Assembly: GCA_049968335.1 (NCBI GenBank)
Contig: JBMFQZ010000008.1
Location: 877 to 64,876, forward strand
From: Verrucomicrobiia bacterium
Lineage (GTDB): Bacteria; Verrucomicrobiota; Verrucomicrobiia; Limisphaerales; JAKPVM01
Direction of reading: 5' to 3'
DNA length: 64,000 nt
Shown piece by piece: positions 1 through 11,391 of the stretch. Position numbers and translations under genes: made by a program. The notes below the pieces were generated by a model. It did no database searches. It saw only the letters and a program-made list of their open reading frames with translations, and was not told the origin of the DNA. The first letter of the stretch is position 1. The number at the start of each line of letters is the position of its first letter.

Positions 1-473
1 TTCTAACCGCCGAAGAAATACTACGGTTCTACGCAAAATTATTTCAGATTCCAGATGATATCGCGCAGGAACGTATTGATAAGGTTATAAAACTTGTGGA
101 ACTTGAACCGGTCAGAAACCGTCTCATAAAGACCTACTCAAAAGGAATGCAACAACGGGTCGGTTTAGCCCAGGCATTAATAAATGACCCCGAGCTATTG
201 ATTCTTGATGAACCGACAAGCGGACTTGACCCGATTGGCAGGATGAAAATCAGACAAATCATCCAGAGATTAAAAAATAATGGCAAAACAGTCTTTTTTT
301 CGTCGCATGAACTTGGCGAAGTTGAAACTGTGAGCGATAGGGTTGCAATTCTTAACGAGGGTGTTCTGGTTGAACAAGGACGCGTCGACGATCTGCTTGA
401 TAAATACAAATGCAACCTTGAACAGGTTTTCTTGAACGTCATCGGATATAAAGAACAGCCGGTTGAAATCTAA
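1..473 (+). CDS. ABC transporter ATP-binding protein, 5'-truncated by the window edge
   Basis: The frame of ORF 96..473 stays open back to base 3 (LTAEEILRFYAKLFQIPDD...). It has a signature-like YSKGMQQRV, Walker B LLILDEPTSGLD and H-loop FFSSHEL. Confidence 0.9.
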   Translation, partial: LTAEEILRFYAKLFQIPDDIAQERIDKVIKLVELEPVRNRLIKTYSKGMQQRVGLAQALINDPELLILDEPTSGLDPIGRMKIRQIIQRLKNNGKTVFFSSHELGEVETVSDRVAILNEGVLVEQGRVDDLLDKYKCNLEQVFLNVIGYKEQPVEI

Positions 474-673
474 ATTAAAGGGAAAATGAATATCCCATAA
501 TGACTTAACACCATTTATATCAATGCCACTTTGGTTCAAAAAAATGCCTGCTTTTAATGATATGCGATTCCAATACTGAATGTTAGACTGTTGAAAATGC
601 TGGTAAAAAAATTATATAAATTATTATAGGAGAACTATGCGCAATTTAAGGATACAATAACGAGGCTCTGGAT

Positions 674-1462
674 ATGGGGATAAAACTTGCAAATGTGTTC
701 GCGCTGTCGCGCCTATCAATCCTTGAGATGTACAGGCGGAAAGATTTTTATGTGGTTTTAATCTTGACCGTTCTGCTTACATTAGCGCTCGGGTCAATAA
801 ATTTTTTCAATGAGACAAACATCACCGGTTACCTGAAAGAGTTTTGTCTATTATTAATCTGGATATTTGCCCTTGTGATTGCAGTGACGTCCGCCGCGCG
901 TCAAATACCATTTGAAATTGAAACAGGCACCATTTTCCCGCTTCTTGCAAAGCCGGTAACCCGCACTGAAGTATTTTTTGGAAAAGCGCTCGGCTGCTGG
1001 CTCGCAACAGGAATTGCGCTGATCGTGTTTTATTTTGTTTTTGGACTGCTAACCTTTTCGCGCGAGCATACAATTAATTTACCCCTGCTTATCCAAGCGG
1101 TTATTTCTCACTGGGTAATGATCTGTATAGTTATTTCAATGGCGTTTTTAGGCTCTGTAGTGTTCGCGGCGCCAAGTTCAAACATTACCATCTCTCTTGT
1201 AATAATTGTAACCATTATGATTATTGGCAGGCACTTGCACAAACTCGCGCTCGGTATGGCTGAACCGATGCGAACGATTGTTGAAGCGCTCTATTTTTCC
1301 ATACCCCACATTGAACTGTTTGACTTGCGGGATTTGCTCGTCCATAACTACCCGCCAGCCCCCTGGGACAAATTTTTCATTTTACTGAGTTATGGAATCG
1401 TATACACAGCATTTTTCACATTAGCCGGTTGCGTCGTATTTAAACGAAAAAGGTTGCGATGA
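674..1462 (+). CDS. ABC-2 type transporter permease, about 6 TM segments
   Basis: 262-aa strongly hydrophobic protein downstream of the ABC ATPase. Its stop overlaps the next start (ATGA at 1459-1462). Confidence 0.65.
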   Translation: MGIKLANVFALSRLSILEMYRRKDFYVVLILTVLLTLALGSINFFNETNITGYLKEFCLLLIWIFALVIAVTSAARQIPFEIETGTIFPLLAKPVTRTEVFFGKALGCWLATGIALIVFYFVFGLLTFSREHTINLPLLIQAVISHWVMICIVISMAFLGSVVFAAPSSNITISLVIIVTIMIIGRHLHKLALGMAEPMRTIVEALYFSIPHIELFDLRDLLVHNYPPAPWDKFFILLSYGIVYTAFFTLAGCVVFKRKRLR

Positions 1463-2376
1463 ACCAGAAATTCTCAGCAAGTTATATTTTGTGTCTGCTA
1501 TTTGTCCTTATCTTCGGGCTTGCCTGTTATTTAGAACGATGGCAATTGACGGCGCGTCAAAATCAGGCAACCCCGAATGGCGGCATTCTTTCAGCAATAT
1601 TATGGGAAAGCCGCAGCACAATAGGCGCCCTGCTCTATCTAAAAGCCGATGTCTATTTTCATCGCGGATTCTATCCAAGTATCTTTGACAATCTTCCCGC
1701 CAGCGGCGCGCATTCGCATAATAAGAACAACATAATCAATGAAGAAAATAATGCTTTATCAAATGATACCGATTCCCACTCTGGACATCTTCATCAGGGG
1801 GATAATGAGCGCGAAAAATGCGAAAAGGATATCTCATCGTCTCCGCTGGATTGGATTGATTCATTAAGCCGCAATTTTTATCCCTCCGTTCACGTTCATG
1901 CAAATGAACTGCCAGGCGGCCAAAAAGAAATACTCCCCTGGTTGAAGCTCGCCGCAATGTTTGATCCGCAAAGGATTGAATCCTATACTGTTGCCGCATT
2001 CTGGTTGAAAAGTATCGGGAAGATAAATGAAGCCGAAGAATTTCTCCGCGACGGTTTGCGCGCCAATCCCGAAAATCCTGAACTTTTGTTTGAACTGGGA
2101 AAACTAAACAAAGACAACAAAAAGGATATCGCACGAGCGAGAAATCTGCTTGAATTTGCCCTTGCGCGCTGGAAAGAATCTGCCGCTAAAGAATCGGAAC
2201 CAAACACATTTCTGCTTCAGCAAATTCTTGCCAATCTTGCCCAGCTGGAACGCGACCAGAAAAATTATCCGCTCGCAATCAAATACTTTGAAGAACTTAA
2301 AAAACACTCTCCGAACCCGCAAGCAATTCAAAAACAGATTGACGATATGAAAGAAGAGTTGCAAAAAGGCGGTTAA
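1459..2376 (+). CDS. Membrane-anchored TPR-like protein with a His-rich linker
   Basis: N-terminal TM (ILCLLFVLIFGLACYL). His-rich stretch SGAHSHNKNN...DSHSGHLHQGD. C-terminal TPR-like helices (AEEFLRDGLRANPENPELLFELGKL...AIKYFEELKKHSPNP). ATGA-coupled to the permease. Confidence 0.5.
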   Translation: MNQKFSASYILCLLFVLIFGLACYLERWQLTARQNQATPNGGILSAILWESRSTIGALLYLKADVYFHRGFYPSIFDNLPASGAHSHNKNNIINEENNALSNDTDSHSGHLHQGDNEREKCEKDISSSPLDWIDSLSRNFYPSVHVHANELPGGQKEILPWLKLAAMFDPQRIESYTVAAFWLKSIGKINEAEEFLRDGLRANPENPELLFELGKLNKDNKKDIARARNLLEFALARWKESAAKESEPNTFLLQQILANLAQLERDQKNYPLAIKYFEELKKHSPNPQAIQKQIDDMKEELQKGG

Positions 2377-2519
2377 TATCTCAATTAAAAAGTTTGTTCT
2401 ATTTCCGTTTCAATAGCGCAGTTTTATAGATTTTTAATGTAGCGGAATATTTTATTCGCTATTATTTTTGTGAAACGGTTCAAAATCATTGTAGGAATTT
2501 AAAAGTAATTCAATTGCGG

Positions 2520-3458
2520 ATGACAGATTCAGAAAAATTATTGTCCGATTTCTGCCGCCATCTTGAGGTGGATAAAAACGCCTCTCAATACACGGTGAGA
2601 AATTACCGTCAGGCGCTTGTTGAATTTTATCAATGGTATAAACGGCAATATTCCCGCCAGCCCGATTGGGGCAATTTGACAAATGATGATTTTAGAGCGT
2701 ATCTGCGCTACTTAAGTCGGGAAAATTTCAGCAGGTCCGCAATTCACCTCAGATTCAGCGCGTTCAGAACTTTTTATAAATACATTACACGGCTTGGCTA
2801 TGCCGCAGCCTCGCCATTAAGCGGACTTTTACTCCCAAAATCGGGTCGTCAATTGCCAAAATTTTTGACCATTCCGCAAACGTTTGAATTGCTAAATGCG
2901 CCGATAAAAGAACTTGAATCTTTAAAATCAAACGCGGATAAAAACATAGACGTTGTCTCTTATTATCGCGACGCCGCCATTCTTGAAACACTCTATTCCT
3001 GCGGGCTTCGTATAAGCGAATTGTGCGGGCTTAAAGTTGAAGACATTGACTTAAATGAACAAACTGTGTGCGTCAGGGGAAAAGGGAAAAAAGAGAGGCT
3101 TGTGCCGATAGGAAGGCCGGCTATAAATGCGATTTTAAATTACTGGAAATTGCTGGCTGCGCCGCCATTGCCGGATGAGCCGGTGTTTTTCTCAAATCCA
3201 GAAAAACGGGCTCCTATGTATCCCCGACTTGTTCAAATGAAGATAAAAAAATATCTTGCGCTGGCAGGATTAGACCCATCAATAACCCCGCACACGCTCC
3301 GCCATAGTTTTGCGACTCACCTGCTTGACGCCGGGGCAGACCTTAGAAGCGTTCAGGAATTGCTCGGTCACGCCCACCTTGTAACAACCCAAATTTATAC
3401 ACATATTACCACAGAACATTTAAAACGGGTTTATGACAAAACGCATCCGCGAGCATAA
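2520..3458 (+). CDS. xerC: Tyrosine site-specific recombinase, XerC/XerD type
   Basis: Catalytic-site motifs are present: GLRISELCGL (Arg), HTLRHSFATHLL (H-x-x-R) and LLGHAHLVTTQIYTH (His/Tyr). The N-terminal SAM-like core-binding domain is also present. XerC and XerD cannot be told apart by eye. The ORF track starts at TTG 2514; ATG 2520 is preferred. Confidence 0.8.
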   Translation: MTDSEKLLSDFCRHLEVDKNASQYTVRNYRQALVEFYQWYKRQYSRQPDWGNLTNDDFRAYLRYLSRENFSRSAIHLRFSAFRTFYKYITRLGYAAASPLSGLLLPKSGRQLPKFLTIPQTFELLNAPIKELESLKSNADKNIDVVSYYRDAAILETLYSCGLRISELCGLKVEDIDLNEQTVCVRGKGKKERLVPIGRPAINAILNYWKLLAAPPLPDEPVFFSNPEKRAPMYPRLVQMKIKKYLALAGLDPSITPHTLRHSFATHLLDAGADLRSVQELLGHAHLVTTQIYTHITTEHLKRVYDKTHPRA

Positions 3459-3678
3459 AGTTTCAATTTTAAAAACTCAGTTCAATACTAATGATTCGCA
3501 ACACCCGCGTTAGCAATTAATAATCTTGACATACTTGATAGCAAAATAAGATTCTGAATTATTCAAAATTGAATTAAATATTTATTTGGTTGATAATTGC
3601 GAGTTGGTTTTAGTTTGATTTATAAACAATCAAGTTGAGCGGTTGTTTTTTATTAACAAATACAATAAAAAGTTGTAA

Positions 3679-5016
<1,338 letters not shown>

Positions 5017-5026
5017 TGATTGCAAA

Positions 5027-6016
5027 ATGCGGGTATTACTGACCGGCGCAAACGGGTTCGTCGGAAGTCATATTCTTGACGAACTCTGCCAGAGGGGGAT
5101 TGAAACCTCCATTCTAATTCGTTCTACAAGCTCAACCGCTTTTATCAATCACAGGTTAAATCAGGTAAAAATTTGCAAAGGCTCGCTAAACGATCCCGAT
5201 TCTCTCAAATTGGCGCTTCAAGACGTTACCCACGTCATTCATTGCGCCGGCTTAGTGCGGGCTCTAAAACCAGCCGATTTTTTTAAGGCAAATCAAGAAG
5301 GAACCCGCAACATCGTCCGCGCGGTAAACGAATCGGGAAAAGAAAAAATAAAACGACTTGTATTAATATCAAGTCTTGCAGCAGCAGGTCCTTCAACACC
5401 GGATAGGTTAAGACCCGAAGAGGACCCATCATCGCCAATTACAGATTACGGCAGGAGCAAACTCGCCGCTGAACAGGAGGTAATTCAAAATTGCAAAACG
5501 GAATTTACAATCCTTCGCCCGCCCGCCGTTTACGGAGACAGAGACAGCGAGTTTTTCCGTCTTTTTAAAGCAATAGAAAGTCATATTCTCCCTCTGTTTG
5601 GAGGCGGCAGACAGCGGTTGAGTCTTGTATATGTTAAAGACCTCGCATACGTCGCTGTTGAAACCCTGTTTCAGCCTAAAGCGGCTGGCAGAATTTATTT
5701 TGTGGCAGAACCGCAAATTACAACCGCAAAAGAGCTGGCTAAAACGATAAAGGAACAACTTAATGTCTGGACAGTTCCCCTTTGTCTGCCAATTCAAGCG
5801 CTATATCCAGTATGTTTGGTCCAGGAAATAATCTCAAAACTTACAAACAAACCGAGCGTTTTAAACAGACAAAAATATAAAGAATTAAGTGCTGCCGCAT
5901 GGACTTGCGATGTTTCAAGATTAAAAAATGAACTCGGGATCATTTGCAAAACCTCATTAAAGGAAGGGGTAGAAAAAACTATACAGTGGTATAAGTCAGA
6001 GGGATGGTTAAAATGA
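5027..6016 (+). CDS. NAD(P)-dependent epimerase/dehydratase-family (extended SDR) reductase
   Basis: Rossmann motif LLTGANGFVGSHILD and a YxxxK-like YGRSKLAAE. Lies 10 nt after the AOS gene, and its stop overlaps the next start. Confidence 0.8.
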   Translation: MRVLLTGANGFVGSHILDELCQRGIETSILIRSTSSTAFINHRLNQVKICKGSLNDPDSLKLALQDVTHVIHCAGLVRALKPADFFKANQEGTRNIVRAVNESGKEKIKRLVLISSLAAAGPSTPDRLRPEEDPSSPITDYGRSKLAAEQEVIQNCKTEFTILRPPAVYGDRDSEFFRLFKAIESHILPLFGGGRQRLSLVYVKDLAYVAVETLFQPKAAGRIYFVAEPQITTAKELAKTIKEQLNVWTVPLCLPIQALYPVCLVQEIISKLTNKPSVLNRQKYKELSAAAWTCDVSRLKNELGIICKTSLKEGVEKTIQWYKSEGWLK

Positions 6017-6942
6017 GGAATTACACATTCATAGATTACGCCACGCAAATCTACATTATTCTGACCGGCTTGTTCATATTGTTCGGTCATAACAATCTCG
6101 GACCGTACTGGCTTCTGCTCTTTTTGATTCATATTGGAACGCTGTTTGCAATTCACCTTCTCGTAAAAAATCAGGAAAAATTAAAACCCGGCAGCCTGCT
6201 TGAATTTTTAAGGCTATATTATCCCATACCACTTTACATAGGATTTTATCGTGAGACCGGCGTGTTGAATCAGGTTTTTGTGAGCGGTTATTTTGACCCG
6301 TTTTTTATCAAACTTGAAGAACAACTATTCGGTTTTCAGCCAAGTTTGCAGTTTATGGAGCGTCTCCCCTATTTGTGGATAAGCGAAATATTTTATACAT
6401 CCTATTTCTCCTATTATTTGATGATCGCGGGCGTCGGGCTCTGGCTATTTTTAAAAAACAAACAGCAATTTCACCATTTTGTTTCAATAGTCTCATTCGT
6501 CTTTTATTGCTGTTTTATAATATACATTTTTTTGCCAGTTGTAGGACCGCGGATATTTTATCGCGAACTTGTTCCCATAGAAATTCCAAAAGAGGTTGCC
6601 CCCGAAATTATGCCGGTTTTTCCTGCAGCTGTGCAATCGGGTCTGTTTTATAAAATTATGGGATTTATCTACGACTGCTTTGAAGCCCCTGGCGCCGCCT
6701 TCCCGAGCAGCCACGTTGCTGTTGCGCTAACTACCGTCTATTTTTCATTCAAATATCTCCGCAAGATTCGTTATTTACACCTTGTTGTTGCTTTGCTGCT
6801 TTGCGCTTCAACGGTCTATTGCAGATACCATTACCTTGTTGATGTATTTGCCGGCGCCCTCACCGCGCTAATCACAGTATCGGTTGGGAATAAACTCTAT
6901 TTCCGTTTTACAGGAGCGCAACCGCCAAAAGAGAGACAGTGA
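6004..6942 (+). CDS. PAP2-superfamily integral membrane protein (phosphatase / phosphotransferase-like)
   Basis: Multi-TM protein with PAP2 C2/C3-like motifs FPSSHVAVAL and CRYHYLVDVFAGAL. Start is ATG 6004, or ATG 6013 which makes an ATGA overlap with the upstream stop at 6014-6016. Confidence 0.7.
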   Translation: MVKMRNYTFIDYATQIYIILTGLFILFGHNNLGPYWLLLFLIHIGTLFAIHLLVKNQEKLKPGSLLEFLRLYYPIPLYIGFYRETGVLNQVFVSGYFDPFFIKLEEQLFGFQPSLQFMERLPYLWISEIFYTSYFSYYLMIAGVGLWLFLKNKQQFHHFVSIVSFVFYCCFIIYIFLPVVGPRIFYRELVPIEIPKEVAPEIMPVFPAAVQSGLFYKIMGFIYDCFEAPGAAFPSSHVAVALTTVYFSFKYLRKIRYLHLVVALLLCASTVYCRYHYLVDVFAGALTALITVSVGNKLYFRFTGAQPPKERQ

Positions 6943-7106
6943 CTCCAACATTGCAATCTTTTAAAATCTGAAATCGAATCATTCCATATCTAAATCATTA
7001 GTTGCTAAAGATTAAAATTTCCCCTGACTTCTTGATCGTCGGGAGGATTTTGAATTTTTCTAAAATTAATCTCGTCTATCTACTTTGTAATAATAAAATA
7101 GTTGAT

Positions 7107-9197
7107 ATGAAAACCAGATTACGATTCTCAATAGCCATTGCTGTTGTCATTTTTTCATTAAATCCCCGTGTCTTCGCGCAAGAGACGATTGTCAATTTCG
7201 GTTCTGGATTTGATATCTCGCTTATAAGCGCAACAGATTCAAAATTTGAAATAAACAAAACCGCCAATAGCGCTGTTCTCTCTGTAAATACCGGAACCGC
7301 CAATGATTATCCGGGAATAACAATTAAAGTCCCGCAAAAAAACCGCAATCTATCTCAATATGAATATGTGGAGGCAATAGCGCGAAATACGGGAGAAAAT
7401 TCAATAACGCTATATTGCAGGGTTGACAATCCGGGAGCCGACGGAAATCAAAATTGCGTCAGCGGTTCAGTGAATATCCCAGCCGGGCAAACCCGCGCAT
7501 TGCGCGCGCGACTTATTAGATATTCAGACGATGACCTTGGCGGAAAACTCTTCGGTATGCGCGGTTATCCTAAAAAGGCTGGCGGCAGTAACACTGTAAA
7601 TCCTTCTAATATTGTTCAGATTTTATTCTTTGTTAATAAACCGTCGCAACCCCATTCATTTGAAATTCAATCTATCGTTGCCAACGGAACCTATGTCTCA
7701 CCGACTGCGTGGACAAGCGACGCAAATCCTTTCTTCCCGTTCATTGATACCTTTGGACAATACAAACACAAAAACTGGGAAGGCAAAACGGTTTCTATAG
7801 AAGACTTGCAGGCTAAACGAAAAGCAGAAGAAAAAGAACTTGCCGCTATGAGCGAACCTGATGGATGGGACAAATATGGCGGCTGGGCAAAAGGACCGAA
7901 ATTAGAGGCAAACGGCTTTTTCAGAACTCAAAAACTAAACGGCAAATGGTGGCTTGTTGACCCCGAGGGACACCTTTTCTTTTCTCACGGCGTTGACTGT
8001 GTAAGGATGACAGATTCTACACCAATAGAAGAGCGAGAAGAGTGGTTTGACAATCCGCCATGGAAGTCGCCTGAGTTTGAAAGATTCATCACCCGCGGGT
8101 ACTCAATCAAGGGACATTACGCAAATAGAACTGTAAAATGCTTTTCATTCGGCGCGGCAAACTTTTACCGCAAATACGGAGAAAACTGGCAGGAAACTTA
8201 TCCTGAAATCATTCAAAAACGACTCCGCAGTTGGGGCTTCAACACGATTGGAAATTGGTCGGATGAACGGCTCAGGCTGATGAGAAAAACCCCTTACACC
8301 GATTCTGTCAGTTCCAGTAGAACGCCGTCCATTCAAGGCAGCGAGGGCTACTGGGGAAAATTTCCGGATGTGTTTGACTCATCGTTTGAGGCAAATGTCA
8401 GGAGAAGTATGGAATCCAAAATAGGCAAAAGCGCCAATGACCCCTGGTGCATCGGTTATTTTTCAGACAACGAGATGTCTTGGGGCGATGAATATTCACT
8501 TGCGATTGCCGCTCTAAAATCGCCTCCTGAACAGGCTGTTAAAAAGGTGTTCGTTAATTGGTTAAAATCAAAATACGATTCCATTGAATCGCTGAACAAA
8601 GTCTGGAACACAAAATATGAGTCGTGGGAAGCGATTTTGAAAAGTCAAACAGCTCCGGATAAAACCCGCGCAAAAGAAGACCTGCTCTCATTCTACACGC
8701 TTATAGCAGAACAATATTTTAAAACCGTGCGAAAAATTATAAAAGAGGTTGCCCCGAATCAGTTATATTTAGGCTGCCGATTCGCCTGGGTAAACCCGCT
8801 TGCGGCGGCTGCTGCCGCAAAATATTGCGATGTTGTCAGTTACAATATTTACAAACGCGATGTAAAAGATTTCAAATTCAACGGTGGAGCCGACGTTCCG
8901 TTAATAATAGGAGAATTCCATTTTGGCGCGCTTGACAGAGGAATGTTCCACACCGGACTTGTCCCGACCGCATCGCAAAAAGAACGGGCAGAAGCGTATT
9001 TGAACTATGTAAAGAGCGTTATTGAGCATCCATCGTTTGTCGGCTGTCACTGGTTCCAATATCAAGACCAGCCAACAATCGGACGCGCCCTTGACGGCGA
9101 AAATTACCAGATCGGTCTTGTTGATATTGCCGACACACCGTATAAAGAGATAATTGACGCAGCCAGAAAAGTGCCCTCTTTGATCTACAAGAAATAA
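7107..9197 (+). CDS. Secreted clan GH-A (TIM-barrel) glycoside hydrolase with an N-terminal CBM-like domain; family uncertain, agarase/GH50- or GH42-like
   Basis: Signal peptide MKTRLRFSIAIAVVIFSLNPRVFAQ from ATG 7107. Candidate acid/base motif YFSDNEMSWG and nucleophile motif LIIGEFHFG. C-terminal WFQYQDQPTIGRALDGENYQIGLVD. Confidence 0.6.
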   Translation: MKTRLRFSIAIAVVIFSLNPRVFAQETIVNFGSGFDISLISATDSKFEINKTANSAVLSVNTGTANDYPGITIKVPQKNRNLSQYEYVEAIARNTGENSITLYCRVDNPGADGNQNCVSGSVNIPAGQTRALRARLIRYSDDDLGGKLFGMRGYPKKAGGSNTVNPSNIVQILFFVNKPSQPHSFEIQSIVANGTYVSPTAWTSDANPFFPFIDTFGQYKHKNWEGKTVSIEDLQAKRKAEEKELAAMSEPDGWDKYGGWAKGPKLEANGFFRTQKLNGKWWLVDPEGHLFFSHGVDCVRMTDSTPIEEREEWFDNPPWKSPEFERFITRGYSIKGHYANRTVKCFSFGAANFYRKYGENWQETYPEIIQKRLRSWGFNTIGNWSDERLRLMRKTPYTDSVSSSRTPSIQGSEGYWGKFPDVFDSSFEANVRRSMESKIGKSANDPWCIGYFSDNEMSWGDEYSLAIAALKSPPEQAVKKVFVNWLKSKYDSIESLNKVWNTKYESWEAILKSQTAPDKTRAKEDLLSFYTLIAEQYFKTVRKIIKEVAPNQLYLGCRFAWVNPLAAAAAAKYCDVVSYNIYKRDVKDFKFNGGADVPLIIGEFHFGALDRGMFHTGLVPTASQKERAEAYLNYVKSVIEHPSFVGCHWFQYQDQPTIGRALDGENYQIGLVDIADTPYKEIIDAARKVPSLIYKK

Positions 9198-9296
9198 AAA
9201 AATAAACAAAAATATTCTTGCAGAGGTCATTAACCATAATTATCAATGCGTTTTGTTCTTTAAAAATATTGCGGATGATTTAATAATTAATTTCCG

Positions 9297-10115
9297 ATGA
9301 ACAGCAATTTAACGATAGGATTTATCGGCGCAGGCAAGATGGCAACTGCCCTTGCAAAAGGTTTCTGCAATCTTTGCAAAAGTTCAAATATCATCGCCAG
9401 CGACCCTTCTGAAGTTGCCAGAAATAGTTTTTCAAAGGAGACAGGGGCAAAAACAACAGACTCAAATATTGAGGTATTAAAATTTGCAAAAGTCATAATC
9501 CTTGCTGTTAAGCCGCAAAATGTTAAGGAGGTTTTAAACCAGTTAAGCCCGTATTTTACTGAAAATCACCTACTAATCTCAATCGCCGCAGGAATAAAGA
9601 TTTCAACAATTCAACAAATCCTGCCACAGGGAGCCAGAATAATTAGAGTTATGCCAAATACGCCGGCGCTTGTTGGTTGCGGCGCCTCTGGATTTTCTGC
9701 TGGAAAATACGCAACGAGAGAAGACGCCAAACTCGCAAGTGAGCTGCTTTCGTCGGTTGGTATAGCGATTGAGTTAAAAGAAGAATTGCTCGACGCAGTA
9801 ACAGGTTTGAGCGGCAGCGGTCCGGCGTTTATTTATCTTGTGATTGAAGCGATGAGCGACGGCGGTGTTGCGGCAGGTTTGCCACGCGATGTTGCCACAC
9901 AATTAGCGGCTGCAACCGTTATGGGGGCGGCTAAAATGGCGCTTGAAACAAAATTGCACCCCGGACAACTAAAAGATATGGTCACAAGCCCCGGCGGCAC
10001 AACCATTGAAGGAATTTATGAACTTGAAAAAGCCTCAGTGAGAGCCGCATTTATCTCGGCTGTGAGAGCGGCAACCGAAAAAAGTCGTATGCTGGGAAAA
10101 ACAGAAGAGAAATAG
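9297..10115 (+). CDS. proC: Pyrroline-5-carboxylate reductase
   Basis: IGFIGAGKMATALAKG Rossmann motif, MPNTPALVG, and the C-terminal dimerisation motif VTSPGGTTIEG. Confidence 0.92.
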   Translation: MNSNLTIGFIGAGKMATALAKGFCNLCKSSNIIASDPSEVARNSFSKETGAKTTDSNIEVLKFAKVIILAVKPQNVKEVLNQLSPYFTENHLLISIAAGIKISTIQQILPQGARIIRVMPNTPALVGCGASGFSAGKYATREDAKLASELLSSVGIAIELKEELLDAVTGLSGSGPAFIYLVIEAMSDGGVAAGLPRDVATQLAAATVMGAAKMALETKLHPGQLKDMVTSPGGTTIEGIYELEKASVRAAFISAVRAATEKSRMLGKTEEK

Positions 10116-10118
10116 ACA

Positions 10119-11237
10119 ATGGGACTTCCGTCGCCAAACGAAAAACAATCGCGCATCATCTGGTTTTCAATAACCGCAGTAGCAATCGCGGTCTTGCTTG
10201 TTCTTCTTGGTTTTATCTTCTGGGGAACAGCCTTAATTATAAATAAACTTTCATCAGTCATAATTCCGCTTGCTGTTGCCGCTATAATCGCTTGCATTTT
10301 AGACCCTGTTGTAGATTTTTTAGAGTTGCGGCTTAAAATCCCCCGTCTTCGGTCTATCCTGATTGTGTTTTTTGCGGCAATAATGTTTGTTCTGATTCTT
10401 CTGGCAACCGTTGTTCCGCAAATAATTTATGAATCCCAGCAATTGATTGACACCCTTCCGTCAAGTTCAGAAGAACTACAAAAGAAAATCGGCAACTGGC
10501 TTGCCCACTCGCCTTCTGGAATCAAAATCAAGGATATGTGGGACAAAGAATATGGCGCTAAAGTTCAAGAATTCATTACAAAGGCAATACCGGAAGTCTC
10601 AGGCTGGTTGTTATCGCAATTATTAAAGGCAGTATCGTTTGTTGGTCTTCTATTTGGTTTTGCCCTTATCCCCGTTTACGTTTTTTATTTCTTGCTTGAA
10701 AAAAAGAAAATCCGCGATAACTGGAGCAATTACATACCGTTCACAAACACGCTAATCAGGGAAGAGATAATCTTCATAATCCGCGCTATCAATGATTGTC
10801 TTGTTGCGTTTTTTAGAGGGCAAATCATTGTTTCATTTTGCACAGGCGTAATGCTGGCAATCGGCTACCTCATTGTCGGGCTCAAATATGCCATTCTCCT
10901 CGGTGTAATTGCCGCAATGATAGGTATAATTCCGTATCTTGGCGCTATAACCTCTCTTGTTCTTGCGCTTACAATCTCATTCATTCAGTTTCAGGACTGG
11001 CTGCATCCTTTGCTTGTTGTGGCAATTTATGCGGTCGCTCAAACAATAGAAGGATGGGTAATTTCTCCAAAAATTATCGGCGACAGAATCGGTCTGCATC
11101 CGTTGACAATTATCATTTCATTGATGGTCGGGACAACTCTGATGGGCGGCATTATCGGAGGCATTTTAGCAATCCCGATAGTTTCAGTTTTAAGAACATT
11201 GATGTTGCGATACGTCTGGAAAACAAAATTAAATTAG
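10119..11237 (+). CDS. AI-2E family transporter (PerM/UPF0118-like permease)
   Basis: 372-aa, about 8-TM protein with the family-typical layout and C-terminal GGILAIPIV. Confidence 0.75.
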   Translation: MGLPSPNEKQSRIIWFSITAVAIAVLLVLLGFIFWGTALIINKLSSVIIPLAVAAIIACILDPVVDFLELRLKIPRLRSILIVFFAAIMFVLILLATVVPQIIYESQQLIDTLPSSSEELQKKIGNWLAHSPSGIKIKDMWDKEYGAKVQEFITKAIPEVSGWLLSQLLKAVSFVGLLFGFALIPVYVFYFLLEKKKIRDNWSNYIPFTNTLIREEIIFIIRAINDCLVAFFRGQIIVSFCTGVMLAIGYLIVGLKYAILLGVIAAMIGIIPYLGAITSLVLALTISFIQFQDWLHPLLVVAIYAVAQTIEGWVISPKIIGDRIGLHPLTIIISLMVGTTLMGGIIGGILAIPIVSVLRTLMLRYVWKTKLN

Positions 11238-11391
11238 CGAAAACGTTGATCCTTCTGGAATATTGTTTCTAATCAATTCGCGAAATTTTTTTTGGCGAGT
11301 CTCTGGTTATGCTCACTGGCAAGCGGATATTTAGCAATATGGAAATATCCGTTTTATTCATCGTTATGAAAACCGCTTATTATATTCAATC

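Noticed and set aside
474-673. The 200-nt gap between the ABC ATPase and permease might hide a small gene or an earlier permease start.
   Set aside because: Only a 7-codon ATG ORF (atgcgcaatttaaggatacaataa) is present. The permease frame is closed upstream of 674, and the region looks like AT-rich spacer.
2520-3458. The tyrosine recombinase as the integrase of a mobile element covering the adjacent lipid operon.
   Set aside because: The sequence is of the housekeeping XerC/XerD type in length and motifs. There is no adjacent tRNA or att-like repeat, no excisionase, and no visible compositional break.
10838-11272. A 144-aa alternative-frame ORF inside and beyond the AI-2E transporter gene, with similar embedded ORFs at 6375-6653 in the PAP2 gene and 1491-1688 in the TPR gene.
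   Set aside because: They are embedded in better-supported genes. Their translations are Arg/Cys/Ser-rich with no motifs, which is typical of off-frame artefacts.
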